A DNA stretch of 64,000 bases from Opitutaceae bacterium. GTDB taxonomy: Bacteria > Verrucomicrobiota > Verrucomicrobiia > Opitutales > Opitutaceae. Where the stretch lies: positions 4,451 through 68,450 of the forward strand of contig JANYCF010000328.1 in assembly GCA_025360455.1 (NCBI GenBank), written 5' to 3'. This document shows positions 1 to 10,000 of the stretch, piece after piece. The first letter of the stretch is position 1. Every line of letters starts with the position of its first letter. Position numbers and translations under genes: made by a program. Below the pieces are notes generated by a model, which made no database searches, had not been told where the DNA came from, and was given only the letters and a program-made list of their open reading frames with translations.

Positions 1-614
1 CCATTCTTGGAATTGGCGAAGATGCCGTTGCCGTTAAAACTGATTTCGCAGCCCCGGATGATCAGATGACGCGCAAACTCGATGTAGATGCCACAGGCAA
101 AGGGATCAAAGGTGCGCGTGCCACCCCGCTGATCGGTAAAGTGCCGTACGCCCGTCTTGTCGTAAAGGGCGTTGCGGATATTGAGTGTCTCGATGGTGAT
201 GTACTCTGGAAAGGTCTGGCCGTAAACATAACCGGTCTTGCGCGGCGTGACGAGGATCACGCCCCATTCTTCAAACAAAGAAACCCCGCCACCCGTGCTG
301 CGAAAATCCACTCCGGGGTCCATCACGGCGCCATCGCCATCGATGATGGGTAGCGCACCGGTGACCGGATCAGGAATGCCCCGGATTAAAATCGGCTGAC
401 TGACCGTGCCGGCAGCTGAGACTTGAATAATCTCATGATAACCGCCGGGCTTGCTGTGAATGTTGACGATGTCGCCGGGCTGGAGTCCGCCCCAAGAGAC
501 GTCAGACAGTTTCGTGCGCGCTAAGCCGGGCCCGATATCGTAGGTGGTGGCTGCGGCAGCGACAGAGAGCAGCAACGAGCTGCAGAGGAGAAAAAGGGTG
601 GGTGCGCGTGACAT
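1..614 (-). CDS. Secreted right-handed parallel beta-helix (pectin lyase-like) protein, N-terminal part; runs off the window start and is absent from the ORF track
   Basis: Manual translation from ATG 614: MSRAPTLFLLCSSLLLSVAAAATTYDIGPG...LQPGDIVNIHSKPGGYHEIIQVSAAGTVSQPILIRG...GIYIEFARHLIIRGCEISFNGNGIFANSKN. Signal peptide, a PGDIV..GGY.E lyase-like N-terminus and beta-helix-like repeats; open to position 1. Confidence 0.8.
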   Translation of the reverse strand, partial: MSRAPTLFLLCSSLLLSVAAAATTYDIGPGLARTKLSDVSWGGLQPGDIVNIHSKPGGYHEIIQVSAAGTVSQPILIRGIPDPVTGALPIIDGDGAVMDPGVDFRSTGGGVSLFEEWGVILVTPRKTGYVYGQTFPEYITIETLNIRNALYDKTGVRHFTDQRGGTRTFDPFACGIYIEFARHLIIRGCEISFNGNGIFANSKN

Positions 615-696
615 AGAGTGTGGAGTGAGGAGGAGTTGATTGGGTAGTGACGAGTGAAGCGCCGCCGTCGTCGGAGCCGAACTCATCTTCCTCTTC

Positions 697-724
697 ATTC
701 GTTAATCCGCCATGCAAAGTGACA
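697..724 (-). promoter_or_regulatory. Candidate ECF-type promoter (TGTCAC-N17-CGAAT) upstream of the beta-helix gene
   Basis: Minus strand reads TGTCAC tttgcatggcggattaa CGAAT about 80 nt before ATG 614. Resembles generic ECF -35/-10 spacing only; speculative. Confidence 0.25.
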
Positions 725-864
725 TGTCCTGGAGTAAAAACTCCTCCATAATCCCGGCCAGTAAACCGCTGGTGAATATCGCCGCGTCACGGTCCGGAGT
801 TGGAAAACAACCTGCGCCACACGACGACTCTCCGTAATCGGAGACAGGATTTGTCGGAGTGGTA

Positions 865-2997
865 TTACTCGGACGCTTGCAGCAGGTCTTTCGCGTGGTG
901 TAACAGCGCCATGTGCTCCTCGTCCACTTTCGGGTGAGCTTGGAGTGACGCAAGAGCTGCCTGCGCGTGGTCGCGGGCCTCGTCGCGTCGGCCGGTGGCG
1001 AGCAAGTGCGTCGCCAAGACCAGGCGGAAATTGAGTGTGTAAGGATGGTCGTGCCCATATTGGACGACGAAGGCCTGCCAAGTGTCGGCCAGCATTTGCA
1101 AGGCAGCCGGGTCCTGCCGCTGCTTCAGGATGATTTCCGCGAGGATGCCGCGTGCTTCGGCCAAAGGTGCGCCACCGGATATATCCGCCTTTGCAGTCAG
1201 GCGTACATTCGCCTCGGCGGCGGCTTCGGCGGCGGGGAAATTTCTTTCCGCTTGCTCCACCCAGGCGAGTACGCGCCATGTTTTGGCGGCCAGCTCGGGA
1301 TGGGTGGATTCATAGTGCTCCCGCGCGATTATGTTTCTCGCGGCAGTGATTTGCTGGCGAGCAACGGCAAACTGCCGGTTCCGATAGGAGACAAACGCCG
1401 ACAAATTCAGGTTGCTCGTCAATGTGAGCGGATCGATGAGATTGCCGGACACCATGGTCACTTCCGGCAGGGCAAGAATGCGCGCTGCCTCCGGGTAGTC
1501 ATCCTGACGAACCGCAATAATCGCCAAGCATTGCCACGCTTCTCCCAGGTGTCGGCCCGTGGTTTTTTCCAGAGCCACCGCCTTAATCAATTCAGCTTTC
1601 GCTTGCGCCCACTGGCCTTGTCCCATCCACGCCTCGCCGAGGGCGAAACGGACATCCTGCTCCACTGGCGGATGATCGTGTACGATGCGGGGCAGACTGT
1701 CGGAAAATCGTTGCAAGGATTCGACCATGGTCAGCGCCGGTTTGCCCTCGGAAACTTCCGGATTGGCCGTGGCGACCAACACATTCAATGCCCCGATGAC
1801 ACCTTCGGCCCGGGCCCGTTCGGTTTCGGCGGCGATGAGGCCCTGACGGGCGACGGCGGTGGCTTGCAGGGCGAATATCAATCCGATCACCAAACCGAGC
1901 AACGCAACGGTACCAGCACCGAAAGCCAGACGATGACGACGGATATATTTCCCCGCGTGATACCAAAGAGAGTGGGGCCGCGCCCGTACGGGCTGATTGT
2001 TGAGCCATGCGAGCAGATCGTCGGCGAATTCCTGCACCGATCCGTAGCGCAATGCGGGATCCGCTTCGATGGCCTTGAGCAGCACCGCGTCCAGTTCGGC
2101 ATTTAGTCCGGGTACGGGTGGGGGCGTTTCCCGTAGATGGCGGGCCCAGACTTGCGGCCCCATTTTCCAGAATGTTTGCGTCTGGCGCAGCAACCGTCCT
2201 GTGAGTAATTCTCCGAGTAATATTCCCAAAGAATACACATCGCCCCGGGTATCGGAGATGCCCTCGAAACGCTCGGGTGCCATGTACACCGGCGTACCAA
2301 TCATCTGTCCGGCCACCGTGATTTCGGCCGTGGCGGGCAGCAATGGCTCGAGTATTTTTGCGATGCCGAAATCAATCACCCACGCGTGTCCGGTCGCATC
2401 GACGAGTAAATTGGAAGGTTTGAGATCACGGTGGATGATGCCATTGCGATGTGCATGGGTGATTGCCTGGCAAATGGTCAGAAACAATCGGATCATCGCA
2501 TCCTTCGAGAGATTTTTCTCCCTGACATATCGCGTCACCGGCACGCCTTCGACCAATTCCATGGCGAACCACGGCTGACCAAGAGCATCTGCGCCTGCAT
2601 CAAAAAAACGGGCGATGTGCGGATGACTGAGGCTGGCGAGCGTTTGGCGTTCCGCTTCGAACCGCGCCACCACGGCCGGCGCACTGGCCGAACTGCTCAA
2701 GCGTTTGAGCGCCACCACGCGTTGCACGGGCGTTTCCTGCCGGGCGCGCTGCACCACGCTGAAACCTCCGCGACCCAGTTCCCCCATCACGATAAACGGC
2801 CCCACGCGTTCACCCCGGTCCAAGTGTTCGTCGACGCAGCGGAGAAACCCGGCGGCGGCTTCACTGGCGCTCAGTAACCCGACGACTTCCGCGTGCAGTT
2901 CCGGGGTTTCATTGGCCAGACGAAGCAGAAAAACAGTGCGGTCAGAATCCTTCAATTCTGCCGCTTCATCAAATGCCGTGCGCAGGGATCGGCTCAT
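865..2997 (-). CDS. Hanks-type Ser/Thr protein kinase with a TM segment and C-terminal TPR-like helical region
   Basis: LGRGGFSVV, VALK, HRDLKPSN, IDFG and GTPVYMAPE motifs; TM LAFGAGTVALLGLVIGLIFAL. ATG 2997 overlaps the sigma stop (ATGA) and is preferred over the track start 3069. Confidence 0.95.
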   Translation of the reverse strand: MSRSLRTAFDEAAELKDSDRTVFLLRLANETPELHAEVVGLLSASEAAAGFLRCVDEHLDRGERVGPFIVMGELGRGGFSVVQRARQETPVQRVVALKRLSSSASAPAVVARFEAERQTLASLSHPHIARFFDAGADALGQPWFAMELVEGVPVTRYVREKNLSKDAMIRLFLTICQAITHAHRNGIIHRDLKPSNLLVDATGHAWVIDFGIAKILEPLLPATAEITVAGQMIGTPVYMAPERFEGISDTRGDVYSLGILLGELLTGRLLRQTQTFWKMGPQVWARHLRETPPPVPGLNAELDAVLLKAIEADPALRYGSVQEFADDLLAWLNNQPVRARPHSLWYHAGKYIRRHRLAFGAGTVALLGLVIGLIFALQATAVARQGLIAAETERARAEGVIGALNVLVATANPEVSEGKPALTMVESLQRFSDSLPRIVHDHPPVEQDVRFALGEAWMGQGQWAQAKAELIKAVALEKTTGRHLGEAWQCLAIIAVRQDDYPEAARILALPEVTMVSGNLIDPLTLTSNLNLSAFVSYRNRQFAVARQQITAARNIIAREHYESTHPELAAKTWRVLAWVEQAERNFPAAEAAAEANVRLTAKADISGGAPLAEARGILAEIILKQRQDPAALQMLADTWQAFVVQYGHDHPYTLNFRLVLATHLLATGRRDEARDHAQAALASLQAHPKVDEEHMALLHHAKDLLQASE

Positions 2998-3599
2998 GCC
3001 CGAGGGACTTCTCCGGCCGGCGTTTCCGGCCGCAGTCGCTTGAACAACCAGGCCTGCGCAAATTTCCAATCGCGAATGACCGTGCGCGGCGATTTGTCGT
3101 GAAGCGCGGCGATTTCGTCCACGGAGAGACCGGTGAAAAAACGCAATTTCACGATTTCGGCCGCTTCCGGATCGATCTGATCCAATTCGGCCAAGGCTTC
3201 GTCAAGGGCGAGAACCACGTCGCTGCGTTCTTCGCGGGCGAGATCGAGCACATCACCGAAGGGGACAGCGGTCCAGCCTCCGCCGCGTTTGGATGCGCCG
3301 CGGCGACGCGCACGATCAACCAGAATCTGCCGCATCGAATCCGCCGCTGCGCCAAAGAAGTGCCGACGGTTGGCCCACTGCGGTTGCGGCACGGGCTGGC
3401 CGTCGAGTTTGAGCCAAACTTCATGGACCAGTTCAGTGGCTTGTAACGTGGGTCCCGCCCCGCCGGAAAAAATAAGCGACTGGGCCAAGCGGCGTAGTTC
3501 ACCATGGACCCGCTGCCAAAAAGTGCTCCACGCTTCAGTGGAGCCGTGATTGGCGGCTTGCAAGAGCAGGGTAAGATCGCCGGGTGGGTCGACGGACAT
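2994..3599 (-). CDS. ECF RNA polymerase sigma factor, kinase-associated (TIGR02999-like) type
   Basis: LRRLAQ...TLQATELVHEVWLKL, RHFFGAAADSMRQILVDRARRRGASKRGGG and sigma4 EIVKLRFFTGLSVDEIAALH...TVIRDWKFAQAWL. Confidence 0.95.
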   Translation of the reverse strand: MSVDPPGDLTLLLQAANHGSTEAWSTFWQRVHGELRRLAQSLIFSGGAGPTLQATELVHEVWLKLDGQPVPQPQWANRRHFFGAAADSMRQILVDRARRRGASKRGGGWTAVPFGDVLDLAREERSDVVLALDEALAELDQIDPEAAEIVKLRFFTGLSVDEIAALHDKSPRTVIRDWKFAQAWLFKRLRPETPAGEVPRA

Positions 3600-3777
3600 A
3601 ACTCAAGCGTCATGAGATTTGTCCCAAACTGAATACAAATCGATGCCAGCGAGGCTTGGTCAGTCCAAACTATCCGTTTTTTCAGTGAAAGGGGCTGGCT
3701 CCATGGCTTTTACGGGGTAGGCGTGCGCTTTTAAGACGATATCAGACCGAGGGAGGTGGCTTATGAAGGAAAAGCGC

Positions 3778-3806
3778 TTGACTCACCCCTTGTATTTTGG
3801 GTCTTT
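3778..3806 (+). promoter_or_regulatory. Possible sigma70-type promoter of rpsT
   Basis: TTGACT at 3778-3783 about 50 nt before the rpsT ATG; the -10 box is non-canonical or unclear. Confidence 0.35.
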
Positions 3807-3831
3807 CACCCTTCCCAATTTACTAACCGCC

Positions 3832-4098
3832 ATGGCCAATACCAAGTCCGCACTCAAAGCCGCTCGCAAATCCAACCGGAATGCTGCGCGTAACCAGACC
3901 ACTAAGACCCGCCTCAAGACTCTCGCCAAGAGCGTCCAGAAGGCCTCCGCCGCTGGCGATGCTGAGAAGACTCGCGCTGCCGCGATCGCTCTTAGTTCTG
4001 CCATGGATCGCGCAGTCAAAAGCTACGTTGTTCATAAGAATGTGGCCTCCCGAACCAAGTCCCGCTTGGCCAAGCACATTTTCATCGCAAAGAAGTAA
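3832..4098 (+). CDS. rpsT: 30S ribosomal protein S20
   Basis: MANTKSALKAARKSNRNAARNQTTKTRLKT...VHKNVASRTKSRL, 88 aa, from ATG 3832. Confidence 0.97.
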   Translation: MANTKSALKAARKSNRNAARNQTTKTRLKTLAKSVQKASAAGDAEKTRAAAIALSSAMDRAVKSYVVHKNVASRTKSRLAKHIFIAKK

Positions 4099-4122
4099 AT
4101 CTGGCTGATCTTCGATTTTCTT

Positions 4123-4157
4123 AAGCCCCGTGCGCCTTCATCGGCTGCGGGGCTTTT
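4123..4157 (+). terminator. Intrinsic terminator after rpsT
   Basis: AAGCCCCGTG...TGCGGGGCTT stem followed by a T-run. Confidence 0.8.
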
Positions 4158-4163
4158 GCTTGG

Positions 4164-7031
4164 ATGATTGCTCCGGGCTTGCGCTTAATGGCGGAGACGG
4201 AGGAAGTTGTTGCTGTGGCTTCCCCTGCCAACGTTCGCCGACATTTTCTCTCTTGGGACCGGCCGCTGCTTCCGCAGGCGGTTCAGTTCCTCGCGGGTGA
4301 CTGGTCGGGCGGAAAACCGCTTGATCTGTCGTCGTTGGTGGTCGTTGTTCCGACCAAACAGGCGGGGCGACGTTTGCGCGAGGCATTGGCTTCGTTCGCG
4401 GCCACAAAGAACCAGGCGGTATTTCCTCCCCGGGTGTTGACGCCGGATCGTCTTTTATTGGAGGAGAAAAGTGGGCCGATCGCGTCGGCCTTGGAGTCAT
4501 TGCTCGGGTGGGCGGAGGTATTGGGCGAACTCGATTTAGAAAACTTTCGAGAAGTATTTCCGGTAGATCCTCCTTCACGAAATTTCGCGTGGGCGTTGCG
4601 TCAGGCGCAGGAATTCGCAAGTTTACAGACGAAATTGGCCGAGGGTGGCCTGCGGATGGCGGACGTGGCGACGCGTGGGGGCGATTTTCCGGAAACAGCG
4701 CGTTGGCGGCAATTGGGCGCACTGGAAAGATTACACGCGGGGCGGTTGAGTGCCGTGCGTTTGGTGGATGCGCAGGCGGCTAAAATTTTGGCGGCGAACA
4801 ATCCGGTGCTGCCCGAGGGCACGGAGAAATTTATTTTGCTGGCGACACCCGATCCCTTGCCGTTGGCGGTGCAAGCGTTGGCCGGACTCGCGGCTCTGCG
4901 TCCGGTGGCGGTGGTTATTTTCGCGCCGGAGACTGAGGCGGAAAATTTTGATGACTGGGGCCGGCCACTCACGACGGCGTGGGAACAGCGCGTGCTGGCG
5001 CTGCCGGATTTCGAAACACAGGTGCATTTGTGCGCTGATCCGGCGGGACAGGCGGAGCGTATCGCGCGGCTCGCTTGCGCTTATGCGGCACCGGAAGGGC
5101 TGCTCGCGGTCGGCGTGGCGGATGCAGAGGTGTTGCCGCCATTGGAGGGCGCGTTGCGTCGGAGTGGACTGGCAGTGTTTAATCCTGAGGGACGGGCGTA
5201 TCGGCACGACGGGCTCTTTCATTTGTTGACGGCCTTGGCCGCCGTGGCGCGTGATCCGACGTTCGAGGCGGTGGAGACGCTGGCGCGGTGTCCGGAGTTC
5301 ATGGCGTATCTGCGCGGGCGGTTGGGTGAGTCGTTTTCTCTGGCACGCTGGCTGGCGGGGATGGATGATTTGCGCGCGCGGCATTTGCCCGCGACGTTGG
5401 CTGCGGCACGCGAACATGCGGGTGAGTTGACGCGCTTTCCGGAATTGGGTCAGGCACTCGCAGGGGTGGAGGAGGTTCGCTCGTGGCTGGCGCAGGGATC
5501 GTTTGCCGAGAGCGTGGCGGGTGTGCTGGCGGCGCTATTCTCCGAGCGGAAAATTGATCCGGTACGCGAACACGATGCCCAGCTTGAGGAAGAGGCCCTC
5601 GCCTGGATGGATACAGTGCGGGCGTGCGCGGAGGCGGGAGAAAGTTTCTCCGGGCTGACCAAAGGCGATTGGTGGGAACTGGCGCTGCGCTTGTTTGGCG
5701 AAGGCTTGAGGACAGAGGAGAAGCCGCCGGGAGCGGTGGAGTTGCAGGGCTGGCTGGAATTGCCGTGGGAAGATGCGCCACATCTTGTCATTGCGGGGAT
5801 CAATGATGGGTGCGTGCCCGAGAGCGTGGCAGGTGATCCGTATGTGCCGGAGTCGCTCCGCGAGCAATTGGGCCTGAAAACCAATGCGGCGCGATTGGCG
5901 CGGGATAATTATTTATTGCAGGCGCTGGCATTTTCCCGCGCGGTGGGTGGCCGGCTCGATTTGTTGTTTGGCAAAGTGTCCGCGACGGGGGAGCCGTTGC
6001 GTCCGTCGCGTTTGCTGCTACGTTGCGCGGATCATGAATTGCCGGAGCGGGTGAAGTTTTTGTTTCGTGAACCCACGCTCGAAGGAAATGTTTTGGCGTG
6101 GCGGCGGGCGTGGCAGTTGACACCGCGACGGGCGCCAGCGCCGACGCGTGTATCGGTGACGGCGTTGCGTGGCTGGCTGAAATGTCCACTCCGCTTTTAT
6201 TTTCGCCATGTGCTCAAGATGGAAGCGGTCGATCCGGTGAAGAGCGAAATGGATGCGATGGACTTTGGCACGTTTTGTCATAGTGCCCTGGAGGCGATGG
6301 GACGCGATCCGGCGCTGCGCGTTTGCACGAACGCAGCGGTGTTGCGGGAGTTTTTGCGGACAGAGTTTGATCGGCAAGTGCGCGCGCGTTTTGGCGCGGA
6401 GCTGACGCTGCCGTTGCTCGTGCAGGTGGAGTCGGCGTGTCAGCGACTGGCGAAGGCGGCTGAGGTGCAGGCGCAGGAGTGCGCCGAGGGCTGGTTGATC
6501 GTGGAGGTGGAGAGGAAGTTTGAGGTCAAGGTGGGCGAGCTCACGGTGGCGGGGAAAATTGATCGCCTCGAACGCCATACTGGGACGGGAGCCATGCGCG
6601 TGCTGGACTACAAAACTTCGGATTCGGCGGTTTCGCCGGCGGAAGTGCATTTGCGGAATTTGCGCACGGGAGAAATTATGCCGGAGTGGTCGCAGTTTTC
6701 CGGGTCGGGCAAGCCGAGGGCTTGGGCGGATCTGCAATTGCCGCTCTACCTGCACGCGCTGGCATCGGAGTTCGGCCCGGTTATTTCATGCGGTTACTTT
6801 AATCTGCCGAAGGCGACGAGTGAAACCGGGCTCGCAGTGTGGGAAGGCTACACGATTGAATTGCAGGAGTCGGCATGGCGGTGCGCGACAGGCGTGTGCG
6901 CGGCGATTCAGGCAGGAGAATTCTGGCCGCCACGTGAGTTGACGGGCCGGCAGCAAGAGATGGATGATTTTGTCGTGTTGTTTCACCACGGCGCGGCCGC
7001 GAGCGTAGCGTGGGAGGAAATCTCGTCATGA
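4164..7031 (+). CDS. addB: AddB/RexB-like subunit with a C-terminal PD-(D/E)XK nuclease
   Basis: VVVVPTKQAGRRLRE, SVTALRGWLKCPLRFYFRHVL, GKIDRLE...VLDYKTS, DLQLPLY. Stop overlaps the next ATG. Alternative start 4188. Confidence 0.85.
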   Translation: MIAPGLRLMAETEEVVAVASPANVRRHFLSWDRPLLPQAVQFLAGDWSGGKPLDLSSLVVVVPTKQAGRRLREALASFAATKNQAVFPPRVLTPDRLLLEEKSGPIASALESLLGWAEVLGELDLENFREVFPVDPPSRNFAWALRQAQEFASLQTKLAEGGLRMADVATRGGDFPETARWRQLGALERLHAGRLSAVRLVDAQAAKILAANNPVLPEGTEKFILLATPDPLPLAVQALAGLAALRPVAVVIFAPETEAENFDDWGRPLTTAWEQRVLALPDFETQVHLCADPAGQAERIARLACAYAAPEGLLAVGVADAEVLPPLEGALRRSGLAVFNPEGRAYRHDGLFHLLTALAAVARDPTFEAVETLARCPEFMAYLRGRLGESFSLARWLAGMDDLRARHLPATLAAAREHAGELTRFPELGQALAGVEEVRSWLAQGSFAESVAGVLAALFSERKIDPVREHDAQLEEEALAWMDTVRACAEAGESFSGLTKGDWWELALRLFGEGLRTEEKPPGAVELQGWLELPWEDAPHLVIAGINDGCVPESVAGDPYVPESLREQLGLKTNAARLARDNYLLQALAFSRAVGGRLDLLFGKVSATGEPLRPSRLLLRCADHELPERVKFLFREPTLEGNVLAWRRAWQLTPRRAPAPTRVSVTALRGWLKCPLRFYFRHVLKMEAVDPVKSEMDAMDFGTFCHSALEAMGRDPALRVCTNAAVLREFLRTEFDRQVRARFGAELTLPLLVQVESACQRLAKAAEVQAQECAEGWLIVEVERKFEVKVGELTVAGKIDRLERHTGTGAMRVLDYKTSDSAVSPAEVHLRNLRTGEIMPEWSQFSGSGKPRAWADLQLPLYLHALASEFGPVISCGYFNLPKATSETGLAVWEGYTIELQESAWRCATGVCAAIQAGEFWPPRELTGRQQEMDDFVVLFHHGAAASVAWEEISS

Positions 7032-10000
7032 GCGAATCGCGACATATCATGATTCTGGCGTCGGCAGGCTCAGGAAAAACTTATGCGCTCACGGGTCGAT
7101 TTATTCAGCTGCTGGCGCAGGGCGCGCACCCGGAGCGGATCGTGGCGCTGACCTTCACGCGCAAGGCAGCGGGAGAATTTTTCGATGAGATTCTGATGAA
7201 GCTCGCGGAGGCGGCGGGCAGTGAGGCGCGCGCAAAATTGCTTGCGAAGGAAATAGGGCGGTCGGAATTAGGGCGGACGGAATTTCTGCGGATGCTGCGT
7301 GAGGTGACGGAGGCGATGCCGCGATTGCGACTGGGTACGTTGGATAGTTTTTTTGCACGGATCGCGCGAGCCTTTGCGTTGGAGCTGGGGTTGACGGGAG
7401 ATTTCGAGATTTTGCAGGAATACGCGGCGCGCTTGGAACGGCGGCGGGTATTGCAGCGGATGTTTGCCCGCGCGGGGGAGTTGGGCGAAGCGCAGAAGGA
7501 ATTCATCGAAGCCTTCAAGCGGGCGACGTTTGGGAGAGAAGCGAAACGCTTGGGCGCGCAGCTGGATGAATTCATTGATAAGTATCAGGAGTTTTTTTTG
7601 GCGGTGCCGGAGGGTGAACGTTGGGGAAATCCGGAACTGATCTGGCCGCAGGGTAATCTGTGGCTCGAGGGTAAAGTGGATGTGCCGCTGGCCGTGCAGA
7701 CGTTGCGGACGTGGCTCGGAGAAACCGTCCTGGGCGATAAACAGCGTGCGCGCTGGGAGGCGTTTTTGGCGGCGCTGAGGGAGTGGTCGCCCGGGGTGAC
7801 GTTGCCGGGTGCGCTGGAATATGTCGTGAAAAAAGTCTTGGTGGCTTGGGACGATATTCAGGCGGGTCGTGCGGTGCTGGAGTTTGACCGGAAGAAACAG
7901 GAACTGAGTGCGTCGGCGTGCGTGGCATTGCGAGACTGTGCGCGGCAGGTGATCGGTGGAGAGCTGGCGCGGCGGCTGGAGACCACACGCGGCATCCATG
8001 CGGTGTTGCGCGGCTACGAAAACTTTTATCACGAGGCGGTGCGGCGCGCTGGAAAATTGACGTTTGGCGATGTGCAGCGATTACTGGCCCCAGGTGCGGG
8101 TGCGCCGTTGTTGACGGGAGAGAACGATTCCATGGACCGGCTCTTCATTGATTACCGGTTGGATGCGGAGATTGATCATTGGCTGCTCGATGAGTTTCAA
8201 GACACGAGTTTCGGGCAGTGGAGCGTGTTGAAAAATCTGATCGATGAGGCGGTGCAGGATGAAGCGGGGGTGCGGAGTTTTTTCTGCGTGGGTGATGTGA
8301 AGCAGGCGATCTTTGGCTGGCGAGGAGGTGATCCGCGGCTGTTCCGGGAAATTTTCAATTACTATAACGAAGCGGCGCCAAAAAATATTGCGGAGAAGCA
8401 TTTGGTGGAATCGTGGCGCTCGGGCCCGGCGTTGATTGAGATGGTGAATGCAGTATTCGGGGCTGCGGCGGTATTCGATGAGCTCTTCCCGGGAGAAATT
8501 TCTGCGAACTGGAATCGAGAATGGCGTCGCCATACCACAGCGGTGCCGGAGCGCACGGGGCAGGCGGCGTGGCTGTACGCGGAGGATACGGCGGCGCGCT
8601 GGGCGTTGGCGCTGGAGTTGTTACGCGAGATCCGTCCGCTGGAGCGTGGGCTCAGTTGTGCTATACTCGTGCAGTCGAATGAGACGGCGGCGGAGTTGTC
8701 TGATTTTCTGCGGCGTGAGGGCGGGCTGCCGGCGGTGGCGGAAGCTGATTTGCGGGTCTGCACGGACAATCCGTTGGGATCCTCATTGCTGGCGCTGGTG
8801 CGGGCCGCCGCGCATCCTGGAGATACGCTGGCAAAGGAACATTTATTGATGACGCCGTTTGGAGTGGTGTTGAAAGACGAAGGGCTGACGACTGCTGAAA
8901 TGCTGACGGGGCGAGTACTGGGGCAAATCCACGCCGAGGGATTTGAGCGTACGATGGAACGTTGGGCCGCTAAACTGGAATCGCGATTGGCCGCAGATGA
9001 CGAATTTAGCCGGATGAGAGCGCGGCAATTTGTCGCGGCGTCGCGGCAGTTTGATGAGACGGGGAGTCGCGAGGTGGCGGAGTTCGTGGCTTTCATGGAG
9101 CGGCACACGGTGCGCGAAAGTGAAGGCGCGGCGGTTGTGCGCGTGATGACGATTCACAAGTCGAAGGGGCTCGGCTTTGATGTGGTGTTGCTGCCGGATT
9201 TGGAGGGGAAAAAACTAAATCAGGCACGGGAGGGATTCGCAGTGCAGCAAAGTCAAGAGCGCACGGTTGAGTGGGTGTTGGATTTGCCGCCGAAGATTTT
9301 CTGTGAGGCTGATGCCGTGCTGTCGGGACACCTACGCGAGGCGGAGGCTGAAGCGGGTTATGAGGCGCTGTCGCTGCTCTATGTGGCGATGACGCGGGCT
9401 AAGCGCGCGATGTATGTGATCACGTCGCCAGCGGGGGATTCGGAGTCGCGAAATTATCGCTGCATTTTGACCGAGACGTTGGGCAATACGGTGACGGAGG
9501 TGAAGGTGGGGTCGTTGAAATTATCGGGCGGATGGGGCGCAGGTGATGCGGATTGGTATTTGAAGTTAGCAGAAATTAAATCACCGGTGCGGGCGGTAGC
9601 TGGGATCTTACGTCTGCGGGAAGTTGATTTGCGACCAGCTCGGCTGATCGCGCGGCGACCATCAAGCGAGAATAAGGGGATGAAGAGTGCGTCTTTATTA
9701 TTTTCTCTCGAGGCAACGGGTGGAGCCGAGTTTGGATCAGCAGTGCATGAATTATTTTCCGAAGTAGAATGGAATGGCGCTGACTTGGCCGGGGAATGGC
9801 AGAAGCGAGGATTGTCTTCGGGGGTATTGCAAGAGGTGACGGATTGTTTGCGCGCGCGAGAGTTGGCTGGGGTATGGATGCGGCCGGAGGAGGTTGAACG
9901 AGTTGAGCTGTGGCGAGAGCGCGCTTTCGAAGTGGTGTTGGATAATGAATGGGTAACTGGCGTGTTCGATCGGGTAGTTATATTTTGTGATGCTGATGGC

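Noticed and set aside
967-2106. 379-aa plus-strand ORF, and similar long antisense ORFs (e.g. 49230-50414, 53287-54405, 60163-61020, 61273-62145)
   Set aside because: Antisense shadows of well-supported genes in high-GC DNA; no recognisable motifs.
2998-3069. Longer kinase start given by the track
   Set aside because: It overlaps the sigma gene by 76 nt; the ATGA-coupled start at 2997 is more plausible.
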